A DNA stretch of 64,000 nt from Eledone cirrhosa (Eukaryota): the NCBI GenBank assembly GCA_964016885.1, contig OZ024747.1:24676001-24740000 (forward strand), read 5' to 3'. The notes beneath the pieces are model-generated. The model was not told the DNA's origin, made no database searches, and saw only the letters and a program-made list of their open reading frames with translations. Each line of letters begins with the position of its first letter. Position 1 is the first letter of the stretch. Below are positions 43,343 through 57,769 of this stretch, piece after piece. The position numbers were made by a program, and so were the translations under genes.

Positions 43343-43503
43343 TTATGTAATAAACAACATAAAGCAATTATTCCATTTACCAGTGGTTTCTTAAAAGCAA
43401 AAAATTTTGCTTTCAATCATCACTGATGTTTGAAAGCAAAATTTTTTGCTTTTAAGAAACCACTGGTAAATGGAATAATTGCCTTATGTTGTTTATTACA
43501 TAA
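43343..43503. repeat. 80-bp-arm palindrome centred at 43423 on a truncated hammerhead core
   Basis: UGAUGA-UUGAAAGCAAAA..UUUUGCUUUUAA-GAAA-CCACUGG-UA-AAUGG on minus strand; mirrored on plus. Confidence 0.85.
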
Positions 43504-43504
43504 G

Positions 43505-43637
<133 letters not shown>

Positions 43638-44124
43638 ACGGATGGACGGATAAAAGCCTGTATACATGCATGTGCGTGAAGGTGAGCAAGCATTGTATAT
43701 GCATGTATATATCTGAATGAGAATAGGTAAGTGTGTAAAAAGAGTGGGTCTGTGGGAGAGTGAGTGTAATATATGTGTGCATCTTTATATGGGTGTCTAT
43801 AAATTGTGTAACTGCGTGTTTACATAGAACGCATTTGGTTCTAATATAGAAATATGTGCACGAATGTACGTACCAACATATTTACACACGCGTTCGTGCG
43901 CGCACTGTTATTTAGACATAAATATGCTCAAAATGCTGCGTGTAGACACAGCATGGCTGTATCGTTAAGAAGTTCAATTGGCAATTATAAGGTCTTAGGT
44001 TCGATCTCATTACGTGGTATGTTGGTCAAGTGTCATTTACAGTAACCCTTAAAATCAACCGAAGCCTTGTGTATTAAGTTGAGTAAACAGAAATTGTTTG
44101 TAAACCCGTCGGATGTATCGGTCG

Positions 44125-44380
44125 CTCTCCGACAGGTTTTTTCAGTCGAGTCCCTAGCAGTGGAGACTCTGATGCCCTTGGATCTGGGGCTACCTCCCTA
44201 TTTACCACCATAGACGCTGAGCTGGCGAGCCGCAGGTGTAAGCCTCGCGAGATGGAATGGCTCTTCCAGCGCATCTCCCTTACCATCCTCCGGGGAAACG
44301 CCTTCTCCATTCTGTCCGCCAGAGCCGTGGGCAGCCAACACGTGGGACCCCATTTGCTCATAGTAGTGAGAAATGAGGAG
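44125..44380 (+). mobile_element. CRE-like RLE C-terminal fragment
   Basis: ALGSGA..REMEWLFQRISLTILRGNAFSIL motif. Confidence 0.65.
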
Positions 44381-45512
44381 GGCAAGAGAAATGAAGGCGA
44401 TGACAGTGGGAGTTCGGCTCCTCTGTGTTGGACCTGGTGTCCAACAAATTGTAAAAAGCTTCAGAAAACGCGTAGTTAAAAATACAGTGTACCTGTAATT
44501 TAAAAGATCGACTTTGCCATACACAGTGTCAAGTCAAAATTACAGTGCCTTTCACAGGCGCCTGCATCCTTTTTATTCAATTTAAACATCTGTATAGTGT
44601 TAGTAAACCCTGACAGAATGCGAAAGGGATCTAGAAACCCTTTACAATTAAGAAACAAAGCCAAGAGAAGGACAAAGAGGGGGGGGGGGGGTTAAGAGAA
44701 AAAAACACACACAAAGGACAAGGAAATTCAGCGTGAGACAATTACAGATACAATCCATTAGACAGGCTTCCATGCAGTTTCCGTCTACCAAATTCCACTC
44801 ACAATGCTTGGGTCAGTGGGAACTTATGGTAAATAAATAACCCATGTCCATGATGCCACGTGGTGGGATCGAACCTGCAACGTTATGATTGCACAGCGAA
44901 CATTGTAACCGTTCGGTTATGTCTCCAAGTTTGCATTGAACCCACAAACTTACAGTTTATAGCTGCAGTCTGTTAGGCTACCATTAATTACTAAATTGCA
45001 GCTAATCAGCCGGTGGCACTCTCCCGTTTCATTCATTATTTAACCTTTAATTAACCATACTAATTAACCCACAGTTACTAACTTTTATACTTTTATTGTA
45101 ATTATCTAACTTTACATTAGTTGAAAGGAGGTACGTTAGTCGAGTTGCTAGGGGCGCCACATAGAACACCTTACTGCATTTGTATATTCTGACCCACTAG
45201 ATCCTGAGTTCAAATCCTACACAGCCAATTTTGCTTTTCTTACTCCTTGGAGGAGTCAATAAATAAAATCCCGCTTCAATACTGAGTCTCTCCTCCTCTG
45301 AACTGTACTTGTATTTCAAAAGACGTATATTTGTCGCATTGTGTCACGCTTATACTGCCAGAGAATTACGTTAAGGGTACACGGGTCTGCAAAATACATA
45401 CACACACAAATATCGAAAGAGAGAGAAAGAGGGGGGGGGTGAAAATAGGAAGATAAAGAGAATAGGATTTCATATAGGTTAAGCAATGCAAATATTAACT
45501 GATAGTAATAAT

Positions 45513-46290
45513 AATTGTTTCTACTTTAGGCACAAGGCCAGCAATTACCCAGTGTATTACTGGTACTTTATTTTATCGACCCCGTAAGGATGAAAGGCAA
45601 AGTTAACCTCGGCGGGATTTGAACCCAGAATGGCAAGGGCCGTAACTCTATACGTCAAAGCATGGCGCCCGACCCTCTACCGATACTGCCAATCCAACTG
45701 ATAATAATAATAATAATAATGGCTTTTGATTTAGGCACAAGGCCAACAACTTGAGAGGAGGGGGAAAGTCGATTAAATTGATCCCAGTGCGTTACTGGTT
45801 GTTTATTTTATCGACCCCGTAAAGATGAAAGGCAAAGCTAACCTCGGCGGGATTTGAACTCAGAATGTATAGGGCCATAACTATATGCCACAAAGCATAA
45901 TGCCTGACGCTTTAACGATTGGGAATCCACCGCTTTAATATAATTGTTTCTACTTTTGGCACAAGGCCAGCAATTTAACCAGTGTATTACTGGTACTTTA
46001 TTATCGACCCCGTAAGGATGAAAGGCAAAGTTAACCTCAGCGGGATTTGAACTCTGAGCGTAAAGGGCCGTAACTCTATGCTGCAAAGCATGGCGTCAGA
46101 CCCTCTACCGATACTGCCAATCCATCCACCGCTTTGATATAATAATGGTTTCTAACACAAGGTCAAGAAGGGGTTGGAAGTCAATGAAATCGAACCCTGT
46201 GCTTGAATAACATTTTATTTTATTGACTTCGGGAGAATGAATGCAAAATTGACCTTTGCTGGATTTGAACTCAGAACGTAGAAGGCCTTA
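45513..46290 (-). mobile_element. Tandem cluster of four SINE copies
   Basis: Repeated reverse complements of the SINE consensus, head to tail. Confidence 0.85.
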
Positions 46291-46989
46291 AGAATATTTG
46301 GGTGGCCTCCTTATATTTCGAGTAAAATACCACTTTCAAAAGTTGAAAGACTTGTGATTACTGTGCATCGATTACTGGGACATTCTGAATTAAAGGAAGG
46401 AATTATAAGACATCTTCATTTCAATTTTTTTATCGTATCTGAAAGAGCTGATCGTATTTACGGTAACAAAATCGTTTAGTAATGCAAACTTGAGTCAAAT
46501 CCCCAATACAAATATTCTCAACTTCCAAATTATGTGTTGGTTGTACATTTCTTTCATTTGTACCCAAACGTGTATGAGTATGTGCGTAAGATATAAACAC
46601 ATTTATATATGTGCGTGTGTGTGTTTATATATATATATATACACACACATATATACATGTATATATATATACATGTATAAAATTTGTAGAAATTTTTTTT
46701 TTTTCCTACAAATTTTATACTTAACGACCCAATATATATTATATGATTTCAAAAATTGCCCGCACGACTAAGTCTTTAGAACATAAATTCAAAATAGGGA
46801 GCGCACACGACAAAGACAATGGAAGAGAAAAAAAAACAGTCCCATCTCCTCAATCAACATCTGGAAATTACTACGGTTTCGGTGCACAGAGGGAGAGTGT
46901 GAGAGACCAAAAAATGTTTGTCTTCACCATTCAAATCTAATGTTTCTTTGTGGCAAATCTAAAAATCATGCTCATTATTATTATTATCA

Positions 46990-48568
46990 TTAGTTTTATT
47001 TTTATTGCACTGCGTCACTTCATTAGCGAACACAGCTCTGTGCGCCTTGGGTATGTGCAATATGGTTTTTGGTGGTGTTGTTTCTACTGTATTGAGAGTG
47101 TTTTTCATAATGTGTGCAATTTTTCGTATGATGTGAGTCCTAAAGTTTGGTTATGTAACTGTGTGTGTGTGTGTGTATGTGTTTTTATCATTCCTTGAGC
47201 ACCTATTATTATAAGTACTGTTTCTGTTTTCATCATCAACATTCGGTTTATTTCTATCTCAGGATAGTTATATTTAGAGAGTTCTCCATATCCTTGGTAG
47301 ATATGTTGTCGTTTGTGAGGATAGATACATCAATTAGAAGACATTTTTCTTTGAGGTTATTTTACTATTTCCCAGAAGACCAAATACATGTTAGTCATTT
47401 TGGTTTGTCGAAAATTTTTGATTGTTTATACACTAACTTACTAATGCGAAAGTTATAACACAAAATCTCTCCAAATTATATCCAGCCGGTTGCATTGCTC
47501 TCCCTCACTGTGTGTACTGGCATATCCCAAAGTATGGTTGTTTTGTCATTCTCTGACACCTTTTCTAGTGTGTATCTGCACCATTTTTTTTCCTGTGTAA
47601 ATCCCAATTCTATCATGCCTGTGGATATATTCCTTTTAAAACTGTATCTTATTACTCGGACTGGTAGAGTATTGAGGTCAATTACCTTATTCTTTGCGTT
47701 TAGTTCTGTTTTAAGTAATAATCTATTCCTTTCTAATATTTTCTTTCATCTGTGTGTTGAACCATGTCCAGTTCGTTGATTCTTAAGTATTTGTATGCCT
47801 GTGTTTGATGTACTTCTCTTATCACAATTTCTTTATCCAGCATGATAGTTTTTTTCACTAGTTTTCCTCTCTTCAGAGTTGCCTTGGCACATTTATCTAG
47901 TCAAAATTGCATGCCGATTTCTTTTGTGAATCCATGTGTTGTCTGTAGCAGTGTTTCGAAATGTCTCATCTAGAGCAGCATACATACAGCTTGGCGATTT
48001 TTTTCTAGTTTAAACTGTATGTCTATTTTTTTAGGTGCATCCATGTACAGTTTGTAGCAATGTTTCGCGTTGTCTTTTGTTTGCAACATACAGCTTTAGA
48101 TAATCCATATACAGGAGATGGTTAATTTACTTGTAGCATTTATAACCCAGTCCAGTTCTGTTTAGGATCTCAGATAATGGTTTCAATGCTAGGCACCGAT
48201 TGGGATGGGCTCGGTCTTTATAGTTCTATCCTTCGTTTCCATTTGCACAACTGTTTGCCACTTACGCATGGCATGCTTAATAAATGTTTTTAGTGTTGGC
48301 TCTTCTTTATTCATGGCTAGTAAGTTCAGTATACATGTATGGGGAACACTATCAAACGCTTTCTGGTAATCAACCCATGCCATGCTGAGATGTTTTTGCT
48401 TTTTCTGCAGCCTTCGGTTATGGCTTTATTGATTACCAACTGGTCTTTACAGCCATATGAGCCACTACAGCATCCTTTCGGTTCTTCTGGAAGCAGGTTG
48501 TCTTTTTCCAGATGTTTGGTTAGTTTCTGCGATAGTTAAAGTTTTGTAAGTAGTAAGAAGGCATACTA
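46990..48568 (-). mobile_element. Degraded R4/Dong-like LINE (RT + RLE relics)
   Basis: PEEPKGCCSGSYGCKDQLVINK, MAWVDYQKAFDSVPH, INHLLYMD, LKTELNAKNK, TILWDMPVHT, IDVSI. Confidence 0.8.
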
Positions 48569-48569
48569 T

Positions 48570-49240
48570 CCCCAAATTGCTGGCCTTGTGCCTATAGTAA
48601 AAAAACCATTATTATTATTATCCTGTCTAAGTTAGCTTTGCCTTTTATCCTTACGGGTTCGATAAAATAAAGCACCAGTAATGCACTGGGGTCGATTTAA
48701 TCGACTTTCCCCTTCCCTTCAAATTGCTGGTCTTGTGCCTAAAGAAGAAACAATTATTATGTAAATTGGCAGAATTGTTTGCTCTGGGTAAAATGATTTA
48801 AGGTATTAGTTCATTCTCTTTACATTCTGAGTTCAAATCCTGCCTAGGTCAACTTTGTTTTTCAACCTTCCAATACTGGAGTCGAGATAATCGACTTTCT
48901 CCTCTCCACGAATTGCAGGCCTTATGCCAATATTAGAAAGAATTGTTATTAGAGACGTTAGAACGTCGGACAAATGTTTTGCGGTATTTGTTCCGGCTCT
49001 TTACGTTCTGAGGTCGATAAAATAACAGTACCAGTCAAGTGCTAGGGTCGCTTTGATCGACTTTCCCCTCCACCAAAATTACTGGACATCACCACCATCG
49101 TTCAAATCCCGCCGAGCTTAGTTTTGCCTTTCATCCTTCTGGGGTCGATAAAATAAACAACCAGTAACGCACTGGGGTCAATTTAATCGACTTTCCCCCT
49201 CCCCCCAAATTGCTGGCCTTGTGCCGAAATCAGAAACCAT
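48570..49240 (+). mobile_element. Cluster of partial SINE copies
   Basis: Several GTCGATAAAATAA / AATTGCTGGCCTTGTGCC segments. Confidence 0.8.
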
Positions 49241-49614
49241 TATTTCTTTACAATTTATTATTTTTTTCCGGTTTCTCCTTTCATCTTTCCTTCCTGTTTC
49301 GTTTCCTTTCAATGTCGTTGGAGGTTTAGGTGTAGCAGAGCGAGGCTTGTTGCAGTGTAGCATGGTAGTGGCTGTGGTAGTATGATAGTGTGAGTGGTAG
49401 TATCGTAGTGGGAATGGTAGTGTGGCAGTGGGAGGTGGCATCTGCGGTGTTAATAATGTGTTGGTTACATATAAATACATGTGAGTGTGTGTCACAGTTA
49501 CAAGTATCAGTGGTAAATCACTAATCAGGAGAGAGGGTAGATGCCATGACCGTTTGCAGAGCCTCCAAGACTGTTGGGGGAGGGGGAATTGTATCCTCAA
49601 ATCGGAAATCTGTA

Positions 49615-50310
49615 AACAGTTGTATTCGCGGGGGTTACGTTCCAAGACCACCCGCGAAGAGTGAAAAACTATGAATATTGGGCGTCATCCATAAAAATGC
49701 CTCTAAACGTCAAAATATAATGTAAAATATAATTTAAAAAAAAAAAAAAAAGAGGGAGTCTCTTATGCGAAGGGGCTTTCAATGGGCCGGCAAATACGGT
49801 ATATTGTTATTAATAATTAAGCGTTAAAAAATATATATAATATAACTTTTGGCACAAGGCCAGCAACTACCCAGTACATTACTGGTACTTTATTTTATCG
49901 ACCCCGTAAGGATAAAAGGCAAAGTTAACCTCGGTGGGATTTGAACTCAGAATGTAAAGGGACGTAACTATGGTGGAAAGCATGGTGTCCAACCCTCTAC
50001 CAATACAATTGTCTACTTTTGGCACAAGGCCAGCAATTACCCCAGTGCATTACTGGTGCTTTATTTTATCGACCCCATAAGGAAAAGGGCAAAGTTAACC
50101 TCGGCGGGATTTGAACTTGGAATGTAAAGGGGCGTAACTATGCTGGAAAGCATGTCGTCCGACTCTCTACCGATACTTACAAACCAGCCACGAAAAAAGC
50201 CATTAAAAAATCGCTGAAGATATTTACGATTCCGCGAATATGCGGTGGTTTCCACGAACAATTAGCTCGCTTCTAAGGAAAGTTCCGCGAATAACCGGGA
50301 GTACACTGTA
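49615..50310. mobile_element. Tigger/pogo-like MITE containing two SINE insertions (49846-50180, minus)
   Basis: Ends ACAGTTGTATTCGCGGGGTTACGTTCCAAGAC and CCGCGAATAACCGGGAGTACACTGTA (imperfect TIR, TA at right end). Confidence 0.6.
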
Positions 50311-50931
50311 CATACATATATATGATCAATTATACATATATATATATATATGTGTGTGTTGTGTGAGTGAATGTGCCTGTGTGTCTGTATGCATACATAC
50401 ATACACACACACACATGAATAACCATATACAGTATAAATGTGTTGTCTACTAATATTTTCCTTTCTAGTTTTGCGCTGTGTTGTGGTATGTAATTTAGTG
50501 GTGCTGCAGTTGTTCTTTATTATAAGTACATTGTTAGTCTATGAGAGAGTATCGTACTTATATGACCAATATAACAGTTGGAGTCATGAAGTTTGTGACT
50601 TTCACATTTGCAATCGGATTTATAAATCATAATTCGTAGCTTTTTTCTTGGGTCTACAACCTCTTTATTGCCAAATCACAAGCAAGTAGACTCTACATGC
50701 TTGTGTTTTGACAATAAAGAGTATTTTTACTTCAGACTTTGTAGCATATTATCAATATTAATTTGTGATTTGATGTGATCCGTTATGTGTTACGTTTTAT
50801 AAGATTTTTTGATAATGTGCTCGTCTATTCTATAGCGAGGCAACGGAATATGATTCGTGCGGCTAATTGTTCTTGAAAATAAATACGGATATATGCCCAC
50901 TAAACGATGCCCACAGTACAGCGACTATTAT

Positions 50932-51050
50932 TTGAGTTCAAATCCCACCGAGGTTAACTTTGCCTTTCATCCTTACGGGGTCGATAAAATAAAGTACCAG
51001 TAATGTACTGGGTAATTGCTGGCCTTGTGCCAAAAAGTAGAAACAATTAT
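50932..51050 (+). mobile_element. SINE copy
   Basis: Matches consensus. Confidence 0.85.
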
Positions 51051-53102
51051 GAAGCGGGGGAGGGGGGTGTAAATCAATAAACCGGGTTCTTAGTACCAAC
51101 CAGAAACGCTTTATCGGCATAAAAGAAGGGCCATTCCTCTTTCAAACAATTGAACAAGTGGAATATAATGAAACTTCTGGTTTACGTCTCGTCTTAAAAA
51201 AAAAAAAAAAAAAAACCCTGTAGTTTACAACATCGACGGAAGAATCATTGAGAGATGTAGGCCTTATGTAAACTGTAGCAGGACTTGTGGAATATGCACC
51301 ACTGAGAAAAGGTTAATTCTAAAAAAAACTCATTGAATTCGGACTTTTATTTAAACACCAAGGGTTTCAACAATGGCATACAAATGTATTCTAAAATATT
51401 GGTTACCGCCCCTTAATATAATTACAGAATATTGAGCAAATTTTTACCCTATCCTCTTGGTATTTCTACTTTTTAACTTTCTCACTTAATTCCTATACTT
51501 TCATACGGTTCCATTATCATTCTCTATCCGTTATTTGTTCACCTGTTTAACTATTGATTTCCTTACTTATTCTTTAACGATTAAATTATTTATTCCGTAT
51601 ATTCCTAATAACTGTTAACGCTCTGTACCACATGGAACTACATTAGAAATACATTTTTGAAAAGCCCAAAACAACACTATGACTGCATCACATTAAAAAT
51701 TAAAGTCTTTGCTTGCAAATTTTCACCATCTCCCCACAAGTTGATTTTCTACAAACATTTCAATCAAACACCCTGTTTCAGATATTTTCTGTTAAATCAT
51801 TACAGGATGTTACGTTTTGTCGATATAGTTTCAACGAAACTCAGACCATACCAGCAGAATCTCTAATAAAATATGATTATTGGGGTATATTTTATTAGTA
51901 TTTAGAGATGAATCTCGTTAGCAGAGTCGTTAGGAACTCGGATTAAATGTTTTGCAGCATTAGTTCTGACTCTCTGTACTGAGTTCAAATCACACCGAGG
52001 TCAAATTTGCTTTTCATTATTTCAGGATTGATAAATAAAGTACAAGTACAGGGAAGTTGATTGTAGGAAATGTTAAAGCATCAGGCGTGTCATACATACA
52101 TACATACGTATGTATGTACGTACATACATACGTATGTATGTACAGACATACATATGTATGCATGTATGTATGCATTTATGTATTTACGTACGTACATATG
52201 TATATATGTAATTATGCAAGTAAGTACGTCTATATATGTATACATGTATACATACATATACACATAGACATACATGTTTGTCAGTATATATGTATGTATG
52301 TACACATGCATGTATATACGCGTGTATGTATGTATGTATGTATGTATGTATGTATGTATGTATGTATGTATGCACCTCCCGTCCGTCGTTTACAGTTCAG
52401 TTGTCAATAATACGATATAATGTGTGTCTGCTACACCAGATGGCGTTAATATAGAAAGCTACCGCTGTGTAACTAAGGACCATGTTGTTGCTATGTTTAT
52501 GTATCTTCTCTCTCTCTCTCCCTCTCTCTCTCTCTCTCCCTCTCTCTCTCTCTCTCCCATCATTGATGACGTCAATAAACTGTGTTTGTTATTGTTGTTG
52601 CTGCCAATTCTGTTGTTTTTGTAGTTGTTATTGCTACTGTTGTGGCTATTACTGTTGTTGCAGCTGCTGCTACTGGTGGTGGTGGTGGTGGTGGTGTTAT
52701 TGCTGTTAATGTTGTTGTAAACAATTAAACCACAAGAGAAACTATGGTGTAGTGTAGTTATTTAGCCCCAGGTCAGCCATGATAGAGCAGACCCATGGTC
52801 GTATTTCCTGGCATCTAAGACTGTTCTTTCTCTTTTATCACAGCAGCTGTGATTCATGAGATTTGGTTACTATTTCTAGCAAGACGAATGACCATATAGC
52901 GACACCTTGTTAATTTGTTTAGTGCAATGTAGTTAAGTGGTCGAGACGTCCGCTTTGCATCGTGAGGTCTCAGGTTCGATCCCATTGTGTTTTGGGTAAG
53001 TATATGTACATACATATACACACATGTAAGTACATATACTAACCCAGTGTGTGTGTGTGTGTGCGCGCGTCACTTGGTTGACAAATAACTATAATAACTA
53101 TA

Positions 53103-53622
53103 ATAATTGTTTATACTTTTGGCACAAGGTCAGCAAATACCCAGTGTATTACTGGTACTTTATTTTATCGACCCCATAAGGATGAAAGGCAAAGTTAACT
53201 TCGGCGGGATTTGAACTCAGAATGGCAAGGGCCGTAACTCTGTGCGTCAAAGCATGGCGTCCGACCCTCTACCGATACTGCCAATCCTATTTGAATAAAT
53301 CGGGTAAAGTATTCCTGGAGATGGAAAACAGTGGACAGGTATTTCTGTATGGAGTAATTGATTGTCTAATATCCAGATTGCGTATTATATTATGTACTGT
53401 ATCAAAATATGTCAGAATCACAAATAATTATTAATATGGAGTGGCAGTGTCGGTAGAGGATCGGACGCCATGCTTTGCAGCAAAGAGTTACGGCCCTTTA
53501 TGGTCTGAGTTCAAATCCCGCCGAGGTTAACTTTGCCTTTCATCCCTACGGGGTCGATAAAATAAAGTACCAGTAATACACTGGGTTAATTGCTGTCCTT
53601 GTGCCAAAAGTAGAAACAATTA
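53103..53622. mobile_element. Two SINE copies head to head (53103-53288 minus; 53438-53622 plus)
   Basis: Both match consensus in opposite orientation. Confidence 0.85.
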
Positions 53623-54309
53623 TTAATAAATGAAATATTAACATCAACATCTATGCCTCAGTGATTTTTCCATAACCCTTGACTATTTATTTATAAAAAT
53701 ATGTATATATATATATGCTACAACTTAAATTCATATCCATTATTATATAAATGGAATAGAATGAAACGAAATTTCATTTCTCACTCTTAGTACGGCACTT
53801 ACTTAAATGTAAGTATGTATGTATACGTACATACACATATGTATACAGACGTACAGTAGCATGTGTATATATATATATATATATAGGCACACATATATAT
53901 GCACGTATCAGTTTACCGAACATTTATTATAATGTTCGCTTTGTTCGTTTGTAAACAAACGAACAGCCTGATTTACGCCGTACAGTGTTCAGACAACCAC
54001 GTCACCTTTTTGTTCAACACTGACACAGGAACGATGTACTAGTTTCAAGCTTGTTAGCTATCGTCAGCACCGTATACCTTTCTGCCAGATGGTTGAATGT
54101 TCGAAAGTATATACTTTCCTTATGAAAATTAACGGCTGAGCAGCCTAATTTGCATATCGAGTGAGTTCAGTCGGCCAGGCGCACCGAAAACGATAAATAG
54201 AATACAATGAAACGAAATTTCATTTCTTACTCTTAGTACGGCACTTACTTAAATGTAAGTATGTATGTATACGTACATACATATATGTATACAGACGTAC
54301 AGTAGCATG

Positions 54310-54360
<51 letters not shown>

Positions 54361-54366
54361 GCACAC

Positions 54367-54412
<46 letters not shown>

Positions 54413-54466
54413 GCTACTGTACGTCTGTATACATATATGTATGTACGTATACATACATACTTACAT

Positions 54467-54544
<78 letters not shown>

Positions 54545-54679
54545 TCATCGTTTAATGTCCATCTTCCACGCTAGCATGGGTTGGACGGGAGTCTATATAT
54601 ATATATATATGCTACAATTTTGATTCATATCCATTATATGTGTGTGTGTGTATAATATTGGATGTGAATCGAAGTTGTA

Positions 54680-54718
<39 letters not shown>

Positions 54719-55724
54719 GGGTATGAATCGAAGTTGTAGAATATATATCATCATCATCATCGTTTAACGTCCATCTTTCACGCTAGCATGGGTTAGACGG
54801 TTTTGTTCCATTTGATGCAGGATTGGTTGGGAGACCATGTCTTGCTCATACGGAAGCGTCTCTGGAAAGTTTTTTTTACAGCTGGATGCCATTCCTAACA
54901 CCAACCACCTTTACAGTGTGGACTGGGTGCTTTTTGTTGTGTCATCGACACAGTGGACGGAACTGGGAGGATGGGGTATACCAGAATTCTACACAGTTTC
55001 TGTCAACCAAATTTCACTCACAAAGTATTGGTCAACCCAAGGCTGTAGTAAAAGACTTGCCCAAGGTGCCACATAGTGGGACTGAACCCCAAATCCCATG
55101 GTTGTAAAGCAAATTCCTTAAATTCACAGTCATGTCTGTACCTTTTAGTCTATTTTTTTTCTTCGTTGCATCAAATTTTGTCTAAAATAAAAAAAAATAA
55201 TGATGCCTAGAATATCGAGAGAACAGCAGTGGAGTGGTGAAGAACAGAATGAATAGAAGACAAAGACTTAGAGTACTGATTCCTTATTGATATTTGTCAT
55301 ATTAGTGTTAGTAGTCCATGCCTTTGATTGAGTCTGTGTTATTTCGAACAGTAAACATAAGCTAATGGTTCTCTGCGCTTAATATCTTTCTGTGATTAAC
55401 ATAATGTCTTAGTGAAAATATTTACCTTGCTCTTTAGTCTACTTGACACAGTTTTCTGCAGGAAAAATGAATAATCCATTTGAGAATGCAGATAATATAT
55501 TTTCACTTCACACTCATACTATGTCCAGATTCAGAGGAAAGGAAACTATGAAAGCTCTCAGTCAGATTGTCAACTGTTTCAACTTGATAATTTCATTTCC
55601 AATCTACATACAAACCTAATATAGAATAATGATTTGATGTAAATACAATTTATATAATGAATAGGATTTGCACAAGAAACAAATTAATAGAAATTAGTCA
55701 CAGAAAAAAAATTGAGAGTAGACA

Positions 55725-56020
55725 TGCATATTCAGTGATGCACTACAACTGGGAATGCTGGTGTTGTCTTGTAAAAATGTTGGAGGCAAGCCAAGAGACA
55801 ACATTACCACAGGTGATAGTAGTTCCTCAATAACACAGTACAACAGGGAATACTGGTGTTGTCTTCTAAAATATTTTTAGACAAGCCAAGACACTCACGG
55901 CATTACTTCAGGGGATAGTTGGTTCCTCAATGACACACTACAATAGAGAATGCTGGTGTTGTCCTCTAAATATTTTTGAGGCAAGCCAAGATGCTCACAG
56001 TATTATTGTGGGTGATAGCA
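55725..56020. repeat. Diverged minisatellite, 3 units of about 97 bp
   Basis: CTGGTGTTGTC at 55758, 55853, 55953. Confidence 0.8.
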
Positions 56021-56254
56021 AGGCGAAGGCACTGGAATAGCTAATCAGCCTCACAAGCATCATTTGATATTTCAGTAGAGTGAACTGGCAACAATGACAA
56101 ACACTTCATTGTTATAAGCTCAGCTCTCCACTGGGAAGACAGAAAGGAATAACCAAACACCCTCACCTTGAGCATTGGGTGACTTTTTGGAATTGTTAGA
56201 GCATTGGACGAAATACCTTGCGTCACAACAAACAACACATAAAAACAAGATGAT

Positions 56255-56457
56255 GTAGGATAGAACAAAGGAGAGACACAAAATAAAAACCTAGTCACTG
56301 AGGAGGTCACAGAATGTGTAACAAAAGAGCTTTGACAATATATAAACAACCTTCCGATTATCGAACCAACCAGCCAGCCGCTGGAAATTTATAATAAATT
56401 GAAGTGAAAACAACAGGTGCGTGTGTTTTTATTGGCAACATGACCGTCCGAAAGTAT

Positions 56458-56465
<8 letters not shown>
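56255..56465 (+). mobile_element. Older single copy of the 25-kb element with decayed hammerhead
   Basis: AGTCACTGAGGAGGTCACAGAATGTGTAACAAAAGAGCTTTGAC; shares TTGAAGTGAAA..GGCAACATGACC..AAAGTATAACAATAT. Confidence 0.8.
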
Positions 56466-56511
<46 letters not shown>

Positions 56512-56654
56512 TTTTCCGTAGTGTTGTAATATGAATATTACACACAGTAGATGGACAGCTCACGTAGGGTTTGCTCGATGGTTCCAGTTGTAGTTTCAAA
56601 AGTAATCCGGCGAAAATAGAAGGATTTAAATGGATACAGTTCAGTAAAAGGAAT

Positions 56655-56775
56655 TTATTGACACGTGTTTCAATAACAGTTATATAACCTGAAAACGGCT
56701 GCTATCTACAAAGTATTAATTATGCAGACACTCAATATTTCAATGTTATTTTCAACTATCATTTCATCAGAATAA
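56655..56775 (-). ncRNA. Hammerhead ribozyme with long stem-loop II
   Basis: UUAUU-CUGAUGA-AAUGAUAGUUG...UAACUGUUAUU-GAAA-CACGUG-UC/AAUAA; GUC cleavage triplet, palindromic stem III. Confidence 0.8.
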
Positions 56776-56801
56776 TCTCATTGAGATATATATATATATA
56801 T

Positions 56802-56837
<36 letters not shown>

Positions 56838-57502
56838 CAATATATATATATATGATCTCTAAATATCTATCACTTTCTTATATGAGGAGAATGGGAGAGA
56901 GACAGACAATCAGACAGTTAGGCAGAAAGACTGACAGACAGACAGATAGACAGTGAAATCTATTTGTAAATTCTGGGTTTAGCTGTGTTCTATGACATCA
57001 AAATATTGAGTGAGTGGGGTGCAGGGTGGTGGCAGTGGTGCTGTTATTTTGGTAAAAAGTACTGTTGGTGAAGTAGGAACAATTCTGGGGCCAGAGCAAA
57101 TGCACACATACACACACACACACACACACATACATACACACAAACACACACGCACATACATATAAAAGTACTATTAGTGAAGCAGACAAGCACACATACA
57201 GACATACAAAAGTACTGTTGGTGTAGCAGGAACTATTTTGGTGCCAAAGAACACACACACAAAGAAAAACGATGTTAAAATATAAATCTATAGATGGACT
57301 ATTCTGAAGAGGGTTAAGTTGGTCTCTATTGGCTTTCACTGAAAATATGACTCACACTTCATTATTGCTTATGTTATGGCTGCTACTGCGGCTACTGCGG
57401 TTATTGATGATGATGATAATGATGATGTTAATGATGATGATGATAATGTTACATCCTTCTTTCTTTCTTCTCTCTCTCTCTTTCATTCCTTTCTCTAATT
57501 GT

Positions 57503-57560
<58 letters not shown>

Positions 57561-57704
57561 TTTATATGCGTTTTATGTATAATCAGACATAAAAACAGTC
57601 AAAAGTTAACTGATTAAGCACTCAATACATATTGAGTATATACGTAGAATATATATTTTAACAGGAAGAGTTTCTTAGTGACTTCAAAATTCCACCTATA
57701 TATA

Positions 57705-57769
<65 letters not shown>

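Noticed and set aside
52090-52372. Palindromic CATA/TATG tracts
   Set aside because: Simple tetranucleotide microsatellite inversions with no unique sequence
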